From positions 1-32,000 of the forward strand of contig JBBISB010000002.1 of NCBI GenBank assembly GCA_037441475.1: a stretch of DNA of 32,000 bases. The letters run 5' to 3'. The notes below the pieces were generated by a model. It saw nothing but the letters and a program-made list of their open reading frames with translations, was not told the origin of the DNA and ran no database searches. Position numbers and translations under genes: made by a program. Shown one piece after another: positions 1-8,670 of this stretch. Position 1 is the first letter of the stretch, and each line of letters begins with the position of its first letter. This DNA comes from Candidatus Iainarchaeum sp. GTDB lineage: Archaea; Iainarchaeota; Iainarchaeia; Iainarchaeales; CSSED10-239.

Positions 1-5
1 TTTGT

Positions 6-55
6 AAATAGCTATAAAGGAAATAGCTATAAAGGAAATAGCTATAAAGGAAATA
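6..55. repeat. Perfect 15-bp tandem repeat AAATAGCTATAAAGG x3 plus a 5-nt partial copy
   Basis: Read directly. Units at 6-20, 21-35 and 36-50, partial AAATA at 51-55. Sits at the window edge about 200 nt upstream of thrS. Confidence 0.9.
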
Positions 56-250
56 AAAAAGAAGCACAAAAGATATATAAATATAATGATTTTTTATAAA
101 AATAAGAAAAAACAACAGCCCCAAAGAAATATTACAAAAATAACAACCTTAAAAACTTTTTAACAGAAAATACACTATTTTTATACATTTCTTTACACTA
201 ATATATTAGTACTTTTCACAAATTACAAAAAAAAAGGAGTTTGAAAACAA

Positions 251-2164
251 ATGAAAACAAAAATAAAATTTCCAGATGGATCAATAAAAGAAATAGACTC
301 TGGAAAAACAGCTGAAGAAGTAATAAGAGAAGAAATTGGTGAAGGATTATTAAACGCATCAATAGCTGTAAAAATAAATAATGATATTAAAGACTTAACA
401 ACTCCTATAACGACAAATTGTGATTTTAAAGTACTTACAACAAAAGATATTGAAGCAAAGGAAGTGTTATGGCATAGTTCAGCACACATCTTAGCTTATG
501 CCATACAAAAACTATATCCTAACATTAAACTTACAATAGGTCCTGCCATAGAAAATGGTTTCTACTATGATATAGACATGGATGTTTCAATAACAGAAGA
601 AGATTTTGAAAAAATAGAAAAAGAAGCAGAAAAAATAATTTCTGAAAAAATACCTTTCATAAGACATGAAGTATCATACGATGATGCAAAAGAGATGTTT
701 AAAGATAACCCTTACAAAATAGAAATGATTGAAGAAATACAAAACATAAACGAACCTTTAACATACTATTCCTTAGCAGACTTTAAAGATCTTTGTAGAG
801 GTCCTCATCTTAAACACACAGGAAAAGTTAAAGCATTCAAAGTTTTAAAAACATCAGGTGCTTACTGGAGAGCAGACTCTAAAAATAAACAACTAAAAAG
901 AGTATACGGTATCTCCTTCTTTTCAAAAGAAGAAATGAAAGAATTTTTAATAAGACAAGAAGAAATTGCAAAAAGAGACCATAGAAAAATAGGAAGAGAA
1001 CTTGATCTTTATTCCTTCCAAGAAGAAGCACCAGGTATGCCTTTCTTTCATGATAAAGGTAGCTTTATATGGAATAAATTAGTTGAGTTTGTTTCAGAGA
1101 TTATGGAAGAAAGAGATTATGAGATTAATAAAACACCATTAATCCTTAACAGAAGTCTATGGCTTCAATCAGGACACTGGGATCACTATAAAGATAATAT
1201 GTATTTTACAAAGATAGATAACCAAGATTATGCAGTAAAACCAATGAACTGTCCTGGTAACATCTTAATCTACAAAGCACACCAATATTCTTATAGAGAC
1301 CTACCTATAAGAGCAGGAGAGTTTGGGCTAGTACATAGACATGAACTTTCAGGTGCTCTTTCTGGTCTTTTCAGAGTAAGAGCTTTCACTCAAGATGATG
1401 CACATGTCTTTTGTACTCCTGAGCAATTAAAGGAAGAGATTAAAGACTTAATTGATTTTATGGATGTTGTTTATAAAACATTTAACTTCTCTTACAGTAT
1501 GGAACTTTCAACAAAACCAGAAAAGGTAATGGGTGATCCTAAGGTATGGGAGATGGCAGAAAAAACTTTAGAGGAAGTTTTAAAAGAAATGAAAAAAGAA
1601 TATAAACTAAACCATGGCGATGGTGCTTTCTATGGTCCTAAAATAGACTTCCATATAACAGATGTTATTGGTAGAAAGTGGCAATGTGGAACCATACAAC
1701 TTGACTTTCAAATGCCTGAAAAGTTTGATTTAACTTATGAAGCTGCAGATAATACTAAAAAAAGACCAATCATGCTTCATAGAGCAGTTCTTGGAAGTGT
1801 TGAAAGGTTTATGGGTAATTTAGTTGAACATTTTGCAGGTAAATTCCCTCTTTGGATATCCCCTATGCAAGTAATTATCCTTCCAATAGCTGATAGACAC
1901 AACGAGTATGCAGAAAACTTAAGGAAGATGCTTAAAAAGAATGGGTTTAGAGCAAAGGTTAACCAAAAGGCAGAGACTATGAATAAAAAGATAAGGTCTG
2001 CACAGCTTGAAAAAATCAACTACATTTTAGTTATTGGAGATCAAGAGCAAGAGCACCAAACAATTAATGTAAGAACAAGGGATGAAAAGATCTTAGGTGA
2101 AATGAAGTTATCTGACCTTATGGAAGAAATGAAGCAAGAAGTTTTATCAAAAGAGATTAAATAA
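251..2164 (+). CDS. thrS: Threonyl-tRNA synthetase, full-length bacterial-type architecture
   Basis: 637-aa ORF. N-terminal TGS-like region, editing-domain HxxxH (WHSSAHILAYA), class II motifs (FRVRAFTQDDAHVF; GSVERFMGNLVEHFAGKFPLWISP) and a C-terminal anticodon-binding region. AGGAG about 12 nt upstream of the ATG. TAA stop. Confidence 0.95.
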   Translation: MKTKIKFPDGSIKEIDSGKTAEEVIREEIGEGLLNASIAVKINNDIKDLTTPITTNCDFKVLTTKDIEAKEVLWHSSAHILAYAIQKLYPNIKLTIGPAIENGFYYDIDMDVSITEEDFEKIEKEAEKIISEKIPFIRHEVSYDDAKEMFKDNPYKIEMIEEIQNINEPLTYYSLADFKDLCRGPHLKHTGKVKAFKVLKTSGAYWRADSKNKQLKRVYGISFFSKEEMKEFLIRQEEIAKRDHRKIGRELDLYSFQEEAPGMPFFHDKGSFIWNKLVEFVSEIMEERDYEINKTPLILNRSLWLQSGHWDHYKDNMYFTKIDNQDYAVKPMNCPGNILIYKAHQYSYRDLPIRAGEFGLVHRHELSGALSGLFRVRAFTQDDAHVFCTPEQLKEEIKDLIDFMDVVYKTFNFSYSMELSTKPEKVMGDPKVWEMAEKTLEEVLKEMKKEYKLNHGDGAFYGPKIDFHITDVIGRKWQCGTIQLDFQMPEKFDLTYEAADNTKKRPIMLHRAVLGSVERFMGNLVEHFAGKFPLWISPMQVIILPIADRHNEYAENLRKMLKKNGFRAKVNQKAETMNKKIRSAQLEKINYILVIGDQEQEHQTINVRTRDEKILGEMKLSDLMEEMKQEVLSKEIK

Positions 2165-2290
2165 TTTTAATACTCTTTCTTTTTTTATTTTTTTAAAAGA
2201 AAATTACTATTTCTAATCAAAAACCAAATCTTTATAAATATAACCAATAACATTAATTTATTAACAATAATAAATATAGGTGATATTAAC

Positions 2291-3223
2291 ATGGGATTAT
2301 TTAAGAAAAAAACACCGGCTGCACAAAAAGATCCATCAAAAGAAAAGTATGGACCAATCAATAGACTTGTAAGAGGAAAAATAGAACAAATAAAAGCAAA
2401 CAAAGCTTCAAAAAAATTAAGTGAAGTTGCAAAGATACCATTTAATAAAATAAGAAATGCACTAAAGTTAAGACCTGCAAAAGTAAAACTAAGTTATGAT
2501 GTCTTAATAAAAGAATATTCTTCCGCAGAAATTACTTCAATGAAACAAAAGCTTGCAATGCTTGAGAAAAGAGCAGAAGAAAGTCATAAAAGAATATTAG
2601 AACTTAAAGGTGGATTTATAAAAGATACCAATAACCTTGAAGTTATTAATAGAAAGAAAATTGCACAGCAACTTCTAAAAGGAGAAGAAGTTAAGGAAAT
2701 ACCAAAAAGACTTGCAATAAATCCTGAAGCCCTACAACCAAACCAAGGAACAAAAGTAACTAACAAGACCTTAAAGCAACTTGAAGCTGGAGATAGAGAA
2801 TTAAAAACAAGAGAACTTGATAAATATTTCACAGCAGAAAAGAAAAGAGGAATGCTTTCAAAAGAAGTTAGAAAAGAAGTTGAAAAAGCAATAATCATTA
2901 ATAGAGAGATTGCAAGTATACAGTCTATTATGTTTAATGAAGTTATAAAAAATCAATTAGCATCTTTTGGATCTGCTGCAGAAACTAAACAAGCAAGAGA
3001 AGCTATTATTAAATCTCTTTTTAACAAATATGAAAAAGGGGTAATTGATCTTCCAGGACTAAGAGATTTAATAAAGTATTTATCAGTTGAAGTTGAGATT
3101 GGTAAGAAAATGAAAGTTATTAACTCTGCAGAGAATGCAAACACCTATCTTTTAGGAAATGCAGAAATAATAAGTCAAATTTCAGATGTTAAAGAAATTA
3201 AAAAGAGATTTAAATTCTTTTAA
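2291..3223 (+). CDS. Hypothetical Lys/Glu-rich, probably coiled-coil protein
   Basis: 310-aa ORF with AGGTGAT 7 nt upstream of the ATG. No TM segment and no family motif recognised. Confidence 0.6.
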   Translation: MGLFKKKTPAAQKDPSKEKYGPINRLVRGKIEQIKANKASKKLSEVAKIPFNKIRNALKLRPAKVKLSYDVLIKEYSSAEITSMKQKLAMLEKRAEESHKRILELKGGFIKDTNNLEVINRKKIAQQLLKGEEVKEIPKRLAINPEALQPNQGTKVTNKTLKQLEAGDRELKTRELDKYFTAEKKRGMLSKEVRKEVEKAIIINREIASIQSIMFNEVIKNQLASFGSAAETKQAREAIIKSLFNKYEKGVIDLPGLRDLIKYLSVEVEIGKKMKVINSAENANTYLLGNAEIISQISDVKEIKKRFKFF

Positions 3224-3708
3224 ATCTTTAAAACATATATAGGCAATTCATTTTCTTTTATTTCTATAGTAACAAGCCTTTCTTTACTATTCAAACCAGC
3301 AACATAATATTTTTGTCCTTTAATAAAATTATTAACACCATAAAGATCAAGTGTTTTTATATCTTTATCTTTAAGTTTTTTAAAAAAAACATCAGCACCT
3401 TCAGGATTAATAATCTTAACATTTAAGCTTTTTTGTAAATTAGAATGATTATAGAAAACATGTGTTCTGAAGTATATTTGTTTTACTTTTTTTTCTTTTG
3501 CAAAATCAATTAATTTTAATAAATAGTTTCTAAAACCAAGAACACTTTTTTCAGAGCTGATTTTATTTAAACTAGAAACATACATTTTTTTATTACTATG
3601 TAATCTGTACTTTAAAGTATAATTATTATCTGAAAAAAGTTTAGGTTTAAATATACCAGTTTTAAATATATTCCCTCTCTTAAATAAATTTAATCTCATA
3701 TATGTCAC
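3220..3708 (-). CDS. Hypothetical protein
   Basis: 162-aa ORF. Start is GTG at 3708 or ATG at 3699. Begins 12 nt downstream of the tRNA-Leu 3' end. Its stop overlaps the convergent upstream gene in a shared TTAA. No family recognised. Confidence 0.5.
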   Translation of the reverse strand: MTYMRLNLFKRGNIFKTGIFKPKLFSDNNYTLKYRLHSNKKMYVSSLNKISSEKSVLGFRNYLLKLIDFAKEKKVKQIYFRTHVFYNHSNLQKSLNVKIINPEGADVFFKKLKDKDIKTLDLYGVNNFIKGQKYYVAGLNSKERLVTIEIKENELPIYVLKI

Positions 3709-3720
3709 TAATATTTATAA

Positions 3721-3802
3721 TGCAGGGTACAGGATTCGAACCTGTGAAGCACTAAGCAATGGATTTTGAGTCCATCCCCTTTGACCGCTCGGGAAACCCT
3801 GC
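3721..3802 (-). tRNA. tRNA-Leu (anticodon CAA)
   Basis: Reverse complement folds as a cloverleaf: acceptor GCAGGGT/ACCCTGC, anticodon stem ATGGA/TCCAT with loop CT-CAA-AA, long variable arm, T arm ACAGG-TTCGAAT-CCTGT, discriminator A. No encoded CCA. Confidence 0.9.
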
Positions 3803-3865
3803 TTAATATATTATATTTAGTAGCAAACGTTTTTAAAAAGAGTTTGTAGGCTTAATTTTAGAAAC

Positions 3866-4921
3866 TTACATGATAGTTGACTTAAAGATATTTAAAAAAA
3901 AGTAAATTAAACAAGAATAATTTAAAATCAAGTGATCAATTATTCTTATTTTTACTTCATCATCATTTTTAACTCTACAACTACCACCAATAGGGAAAGT
4001 AAAGACTGGGTTGGTGTGACCAAAATCAATATTTGCAATGACAGGAATATTTTTTAACTCTTCTTTTGTTTTAATAATTTCTTTAAGTCTTTCTATAGTT
4101 ATCTTAGAATCATTTTCAAATCTTCCAATTACAATACCTTTTATTTTATCAAAACCTTTTTGCTGAGTTAAAGATACTAAGTGTCTATCAAAATTATAAG
4201 AAAGATCAGTTCCTTCTTGATCATCTTCTAAGAAAAGTATTTTATTATTAAATTTAGGCATATACTCTGTTCCATTTAATAAATAGAAAGTACCTACATT
4301 ACCACCTATAATAGTTCAGTTCATGTTACCTGGATTAATAACAACAGGCCCAGTATTTTTATATAATTCTTTTTTAGAATCTTTTTTATACCAACTTTCT
4401 TCATAATAATAATTAGATGGTTTTATATCTATAGGTTTATTTTCAAATAAACATTTTTTAAAATAATCAACAGTATATTCATCTTTTTTTTCTAAACCAA
4501 AAACTGCAAAGTTCGGACCATAATAAGTAACCATTCCAGTTTTTGCATAAATTGCATTTAAGAGGACAGATATATCTGAAAAACCACACAATATCTTTTT
4601 GTTTTTTTTAATTAAACTAAAATCAATATATTTTAAAAGTTGGTTTGTATTAAATCATCCACATGACGTTAAAATACCTTTTACAGACTTATCTAAAAAA
4701 GCATCATTAATATCAGATATTCTAGAAGAAATACTTGATGATTGAAAACCATCTATTTCAAGTGCATTTTTTGAATAACTTACATTTAATCCAAGATTGG
4801 TTAGAATATTTTGAGCATTAACTCTGAAGTTATAAGGCATAACTGATAAACTTTTAGATGGAGAAATAATTCTTAAGTTATCTCCTGTTTTAAGCTTTTG
4901 TGGAATTAACATTACTATCAC
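3866..4921 (-). pseudogene. S66 LD-carboxypeptidase / MccF-like serine peptidase, one frame interrupted by two in-frame TGA codons
   Basis: ORF-track fragments 4655..4921, 4316..4591 and 3866..4261 share one frame. TGA at 4655-4657 and 4316-4318. Family motifs: CGFSDIS (Ser nucleophile), IIGGNVGT, LFLEDD (Glu), DFGHTNP (His). GAGGTGAT lies upstream of ATG 4912, the likely true start; the ORF track used GTG 4921. Confidence 0.8.
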
Positions 4922-5084
4922 CTCTATAAATATTATAAATGGTGGTTTTTAAAAGAATTAGTGGGAAAAATTTATAAAGATAATTAAATTTTTAAATATA
5001 GTTATTATAGATATTTAACTTAATATTTAAGATATAAAGAAATATTTAGAAAGAAGTAAAAAAAGATAAATCTCTTTATAGATA

Positions 5085-5522
5085 TTATCTTCCTAAATTT
5101 TTATTTGTACAAATATTATTTTCACAGATACAATCTTCTGGAGAATAAGCTGAATTTAATCTATATTCTAAGGTACATGCAAGCTCAGTATTAACCTTAT
5201 AAGTAGATTCAAACTTTTTATTTATACAAGAGGTAGGATGACATTGAGAAGATAAAGGAATACAATCTTCATTTACTTGACATACAAACTGTTTTGAAGG
5301 AACAGTTACCCATGGCCCATTGAATTGTTTTCCTGTATTTGTTTCACATATCTTTGGATTTGAGTTTATTACTTTAAAACCAGCTTCAACACATTCTTCA
5401 AAACTATTTATATTTTGAGTAGAAGCAATTATTTTTTTAGGGGTAGAAAAAGGCATGAATATAGCTACTAAGACAATTAATAATATTAAACTACTTACTA
5501 TTAGAATTAACTTAATATTCAA
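5085..5522 (-). CDS. Small secreted or membrane-anchored cysteine-rich protein
   Basis: 145-aa ORF. TTG start with GGGGGT 6 nt upstream. N-terminal hydrophobic segment LILIVSSLILLIVLVAIF. 10 Cys in the mature part. Confidence 0.6.
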   Translation of the reverse strand: MNIKLILIVSSLILLIVLVAIFMPFSTPKKIIASTQNINSFEECVEAGFKVINSNPKICETNTGKQFNGPWVTVPSKQFVCQVNEDCIPLSSQCHPTSCINKKFESTYKVNTELACTLEYRLNSAYSPEDCICENNICTNKNLGR

Positions 5523-5706
5523 AACAAATACCCCCTTCTTTAAAATTAATATAAATATTTATGTATGTAACAGTTTATATTATTAATCATAAATAGATGC
5601 TAAATAACCAAAAGCATTGTGCGTTTAACCTTAGCGAAACTATTGGATGCTTACTTTACCGAAACCAGTTCTTTTGGGGGTAAAGCCACTTTCATAAAGG
5701 GGCTCA

Positions 5707-5789
5707 CGCAGAGGACGGGATTCGAACCCGTGTAGACGTAAGTCTCTAGCTTAGCAGGCTAGCGCGTTTGACCACTCTGCCACCTCTGC
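5707..5789 (-). tRNA. tRNA-Ser (anticodon GCT)
   Basis: Reverse complement: acceptor GCAGAGG/CCTCTGC, anticodon stem CTAGC/GCTAG with loop CT-GCT-AA, long variable arm AGAC-TTAC-GTCT, T arm ACGGG-TTCGAAT-CCCGT, discriminator G. Confidence 0.9.
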
Positions 5790-5863
5790 TCTATTTGCTT
5801 CTCTATTGACATGTAAACAATTAGTAAATATTTATACTTCTAAAAGTATTTAAAGGTATTTTT

Positions 5864-6757
5864 TTACTTTTTAGAAAAGACTTTTCCTGAAAACACCTTT
5901 TTGTTAATACCATACCTTTTAATCTCAATATACCCTTTACTTTCAAGTTTTTTAAGGTTTCTTGAAACAGTTCCTTTTGGAAGGAAACATTCTTTTGAAA
6001 GACTTTTTTGTAAAATACCATCATTTTCTAAAATAATCTTAATTATCTTTTGTTCATTCTCATTTAATCCTAAAAGAAGGTCTTCTTTGCTCTCTTTAAT
6101 AACCTTAACAGATTTTTTCTTTCTTAAGATAATATATATTCCTGAAAACAATAAAGTTAAACCAAGGAGAATAGATATAATATATGTTAAATAATTAAAA
6201 TTATTACTTTCAGGTAAAACCACATGATTTAAAGAATAATTAATATCTAAACTTGAAACAGGGTTATTTAAAGTTAAAACAAATTGATTATTAACAATAC
6301 TTATGTTTTGTAAATCAACAGAAAGATCAATTATTTCTGTATTTTTAGGAAAAGTAAACTTTAAGGTATCTGTATATTCTTTAAATAATGGATAATAAAT
6401 TACAGACCATACATTACCTTGCTTATAAGAATAAACATCTGTTAAGTATATTATTTCTAAATTAAGAGAGTTGTTTAAGATACAGCAATCAGAGGCATTA
6501 ACTGTTAAAGTGTCCAAGGAATAACTATATGTTAGATCCTTATAATCACTTTTTATCTTAAGGTCATAGACAGGAAATATTAGAAAGGTAATAATATCTG
6601 ATTTATTAACTTCTGTTAAAATAAGTTTATCAGAGACTTGTACTATACCGTTATCTCTTAAAGTAACACTTGTATCAATTCTTTCGATATTATAGGAATA
6701 GATGTTCACTGAAAGAAAAATAATAAATATTATTGTCAAAATATTATAATATTTCAT
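5864..6757 (-). CDS. Membrane-tethered winged-helix (MarR/ArsR-like) DNA-binding protein with an extracytoplasmic N-terminal domain
   Basis: 297 aa. N-terminal signal/anchor (ILTIIFIIFLSVNIYS), about 170-aa external domain, TM LTYIISILLGLTLLFSGIYIIL followed by RKKK. C-terminal wHTH-like LNENEQKIIKIILENDGILQKSLSKECFLPKGTVSRNLKKLESKGYIEIKR. Confidence 0.6.
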   Translation of the reverse strand: MKYYNILTIIFIIFLSVNIYSYNIERIDTSVTLRDNGIVQVSDKLILTEVNKSDIITFLIFPVYDLKIKSDYKDLTYSYSLDTLTVNASDCCILNNSLNLEIIYLTDVYSYKQGNVWSVIYYPLFKEYTDTLKFTFPKNTEIIDLSVDLQNISIVNNQFVLTLNNPVSSLDINYSLNHVVLPESNNFNYLTYIISILLGLTLLFSGIYIILRKKKSVKVIKESKEDLLLGLNENEQKIIKIILENDGILQKSLSKECFLPKGTVSRNLKKLESKGYIEIKRYGINKKVFSGKVFSKK

Positions 6758-6844
6758 AATGTATATAATATACCAAAAGTATTTAAAAGATATTATTTAG
6801 TAAAAAAACTGACTTAATTAATTATTTTTAAAAAAAAAGATAAC

Positions 6845-8263
6845 TTATTCAGTTATCTCTATTTCTTGAGAAAGATCTATCTCTTCAGATGCATTTAAAG
6901 AAACATATTTTTCTCTATGTCCAAAAGGTATAAAACCTAAAATCTTTCTTTTCTCTCTAATTTTTAAAACATACTCTGGATTGTTATCAACTAAAACTAA
7001 CTCTACATTTCCAACAACATTTTCTGCTTTTATTTTATTAGATACTAAAACTTGATTTATAGGTTTAATTTTTCTTACCTTTTCTTGGTTTGATATATAC
7101 ATTTCAGTCATGTCTTCATCTGTATAAACCTCATAACCATCTAAAGACTTAACGTCAGCAATTCTACCCTTTACTTTATTAACAGCTTGAGAAACTTCTG
7201 AACTTATTTGTCCTTGAGAAACTCTTACTTCTTCTTGTACTATGGTAATTTGTTTTGCAAGCCCATTAGGTAAGTTTTTTGATGAACCGTATTTAACATA
7301 GAAATTTTTTGAATCAACTATTTCTTTATTATTTATTTCTTCTGCAGATAAAACTTTTGTTAATACAACATCAATTTTATATGCTTTATTTTTATAATCA
7401 TTTCCAAATACTGCTTCTATTTCAGCTTGATTTTCTACAAAATTTACTAAGTAATTATAAACATATACTTTTCTTAATTTTGAAGAATTTTGATTAGCTT
7501 CTACAAATGCCTTATCATCTGAAGTCTTTACATTATTAGATGCAACAACTTGATTTGATATTGACACTGATGCATTATTATTTGTAACTTGGGTATATAC
7601 TTCAGCTCTATTATTAGAAACGTCCATTATTGAATATAACTCTACATCAGAATTATTTTCTTCAGATGCATTATTTAAATTTCTAATATTTAAATATACT
7701 TCTTTTACTTCTGTTGAAGAAGGATCAGCTTCAGTCATTCTTGCAGTAAGATTATATTCGCTTACATTTATTACTTTTGTAGAAACAATTCTTAAATGTA
7801 TTTTTGAAAAATTATATATATAACCTTCATTATTGTTCTCTAACATAGGAGTAAATCTTGCTTGTAATCCAACACGATCTTCCATTAATGGAGGTCGTTC
7901 TATAGGAACATTTGGATTTTGTGCACGTTTATTATAATTTAATCTACAATCATTTTCTGTTTCAAAATAATTTATACCATCTGCTTTTAAACATCCACTT
8001 GCACATTCTATAAATCTACAAGTCTTGTTTTCTACAACCCATACAGGAACACAAACAGCAGGACAAATTATTTCATCATCTGAAATAGAAATAATTGGTT
8101 GATTTGTTCCATTAGAATTTAAAACATTCTGATTATTAATCATTAAACCATTTTCACCAGGAAAATTATCTTCAGCATTTACTTTTGGAATAACAGTAAA
8201 CATACCAATTGCAAAAACAATTGCTAAAAGAATAACTCCTAAAAGTTCAATCTTTTTATTCAT
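6845..8263 (-). CDS. Secreted protein with an N-terminal 6-Cys module
   Basis: 472 aa. Signal peptide MNKKIELLGVILLAIVFAIGMFTVIPKVNA. Module CPAVCVPVWVVENKTCRFIECASGCLKADGINYFETENDC. AGGTGA 8 nt upstream of the ATG. Probably co-transcribed with 5864..6757. Confidence 0.6.
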   Translation of the reverse strand: MNKKIELLGVILLAIVFAIGMFTVIPKVNAEDNFPGENGLMINNQNVLNSNGTNQPIISISDDEIICPAVCVPVWVVENKTCRFIECASGCLKADGINYFETENDCRLNYNKRAQNPNVPIERPPLMEDRVGLQARFTPMLENNNEGYIYNFSKIHLRIVSTKVINVSEYNLTARMTEADPSSTEVKEVYLNIRNLNNASEENNSDVELYSIMDVSNNRAEVYTQVTNNNASVSISNQVVASNNVKTSDDKAFVEANQNSSKLRKVYVYNYLVNFVENQAEIEAVFGNDYKNKAYKIDVVLTKVLSAEEINNKEIVDSKNFYVKYGSSKNLPNGLAKQITIVQEEVRVSQGQISSEVSQAVNKVKGRIADVKSLDGYEVYTDEDMTEMYISNQEKVRKIKPINQVLVSNKIKAENVVGNVELVLVDNNPEYVLKIREKRKILGFIPFGHREKYVSLNASEEIDLSQEIEITE

Positions 8264-8484
8264 ATTTTTTTCACCTTTTTATTTTTTTAAAAAAAACTTG
8301 AAAAGAATTATTTTTCTTAACCAAAAAAAAATAAAACCTCTTCAAGTCATAAGCTTTACTATTCAACTTATGTTTTCAGGTATTTAAATAGATTCTGTGA
8401 AACTTAGCGAAACTTTGTGAAAAATAGAGAGAAAATAAGTGAAAAAATAATAAATTAAGATAAAATAAGAAAATTAATAAAAAG

Positions 8485-8556
8485 CGCCCCAGACGGGAGT
8501 CGGACCCGTCCCGCGACCTTGACAGGGTCGCATCCTAACCGATAGACCACTGGGGC
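8485..8556 (-). tRNA. tRNA-Asp (anticodon GTC)
   Basis: 72 nt. Acceptor GCCCCAG/CTGGGGC, anticodon stem CGACC/GGTCG with loop CT-GTC-AA, T arm ACGGG-TCCGACT-CCCGT (non-canonical T loop), discriminator G. Confidence 0.85.
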
Positions 8557-8670
8557 TTTTTATAATAAGTTAAAAATAGATTAACTATAAATAAATTAAT
8601 GAACAAAAACATTTATATTTGTATCTTATGCCTCTTTTATAAAAAATTATGTTTAATAACTCTCTAAAAA

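Noticed and set aside
6-55. CRISPR array
   Set aside because: The 15-bp units are directly adjacent with no spacers and are far shorter than CRISPR repeats. No cas genes are in the window.
3866-4921. Treating ORF-track fragments 3866..4261, 4316..4591 and 4655..4921 as three independent small genes
   Set aside because: They are in one frame and collinear with a single S66 peptidase. The fragment boundaries are single TGA codons and the fragments lack their own start contexts.
3721-8556. tRNA-linked integrated mobile element or genomic island, given three tRNA genes near accessory genes
   Set aside because: No integrase, transposase or recombinase is present, and I could find no direct repeat of a tRNA 3' end. 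The only repeated sequence nearby is the 12-nt CTTAGCGAAACT motif, which does not match any tRNA sequence.
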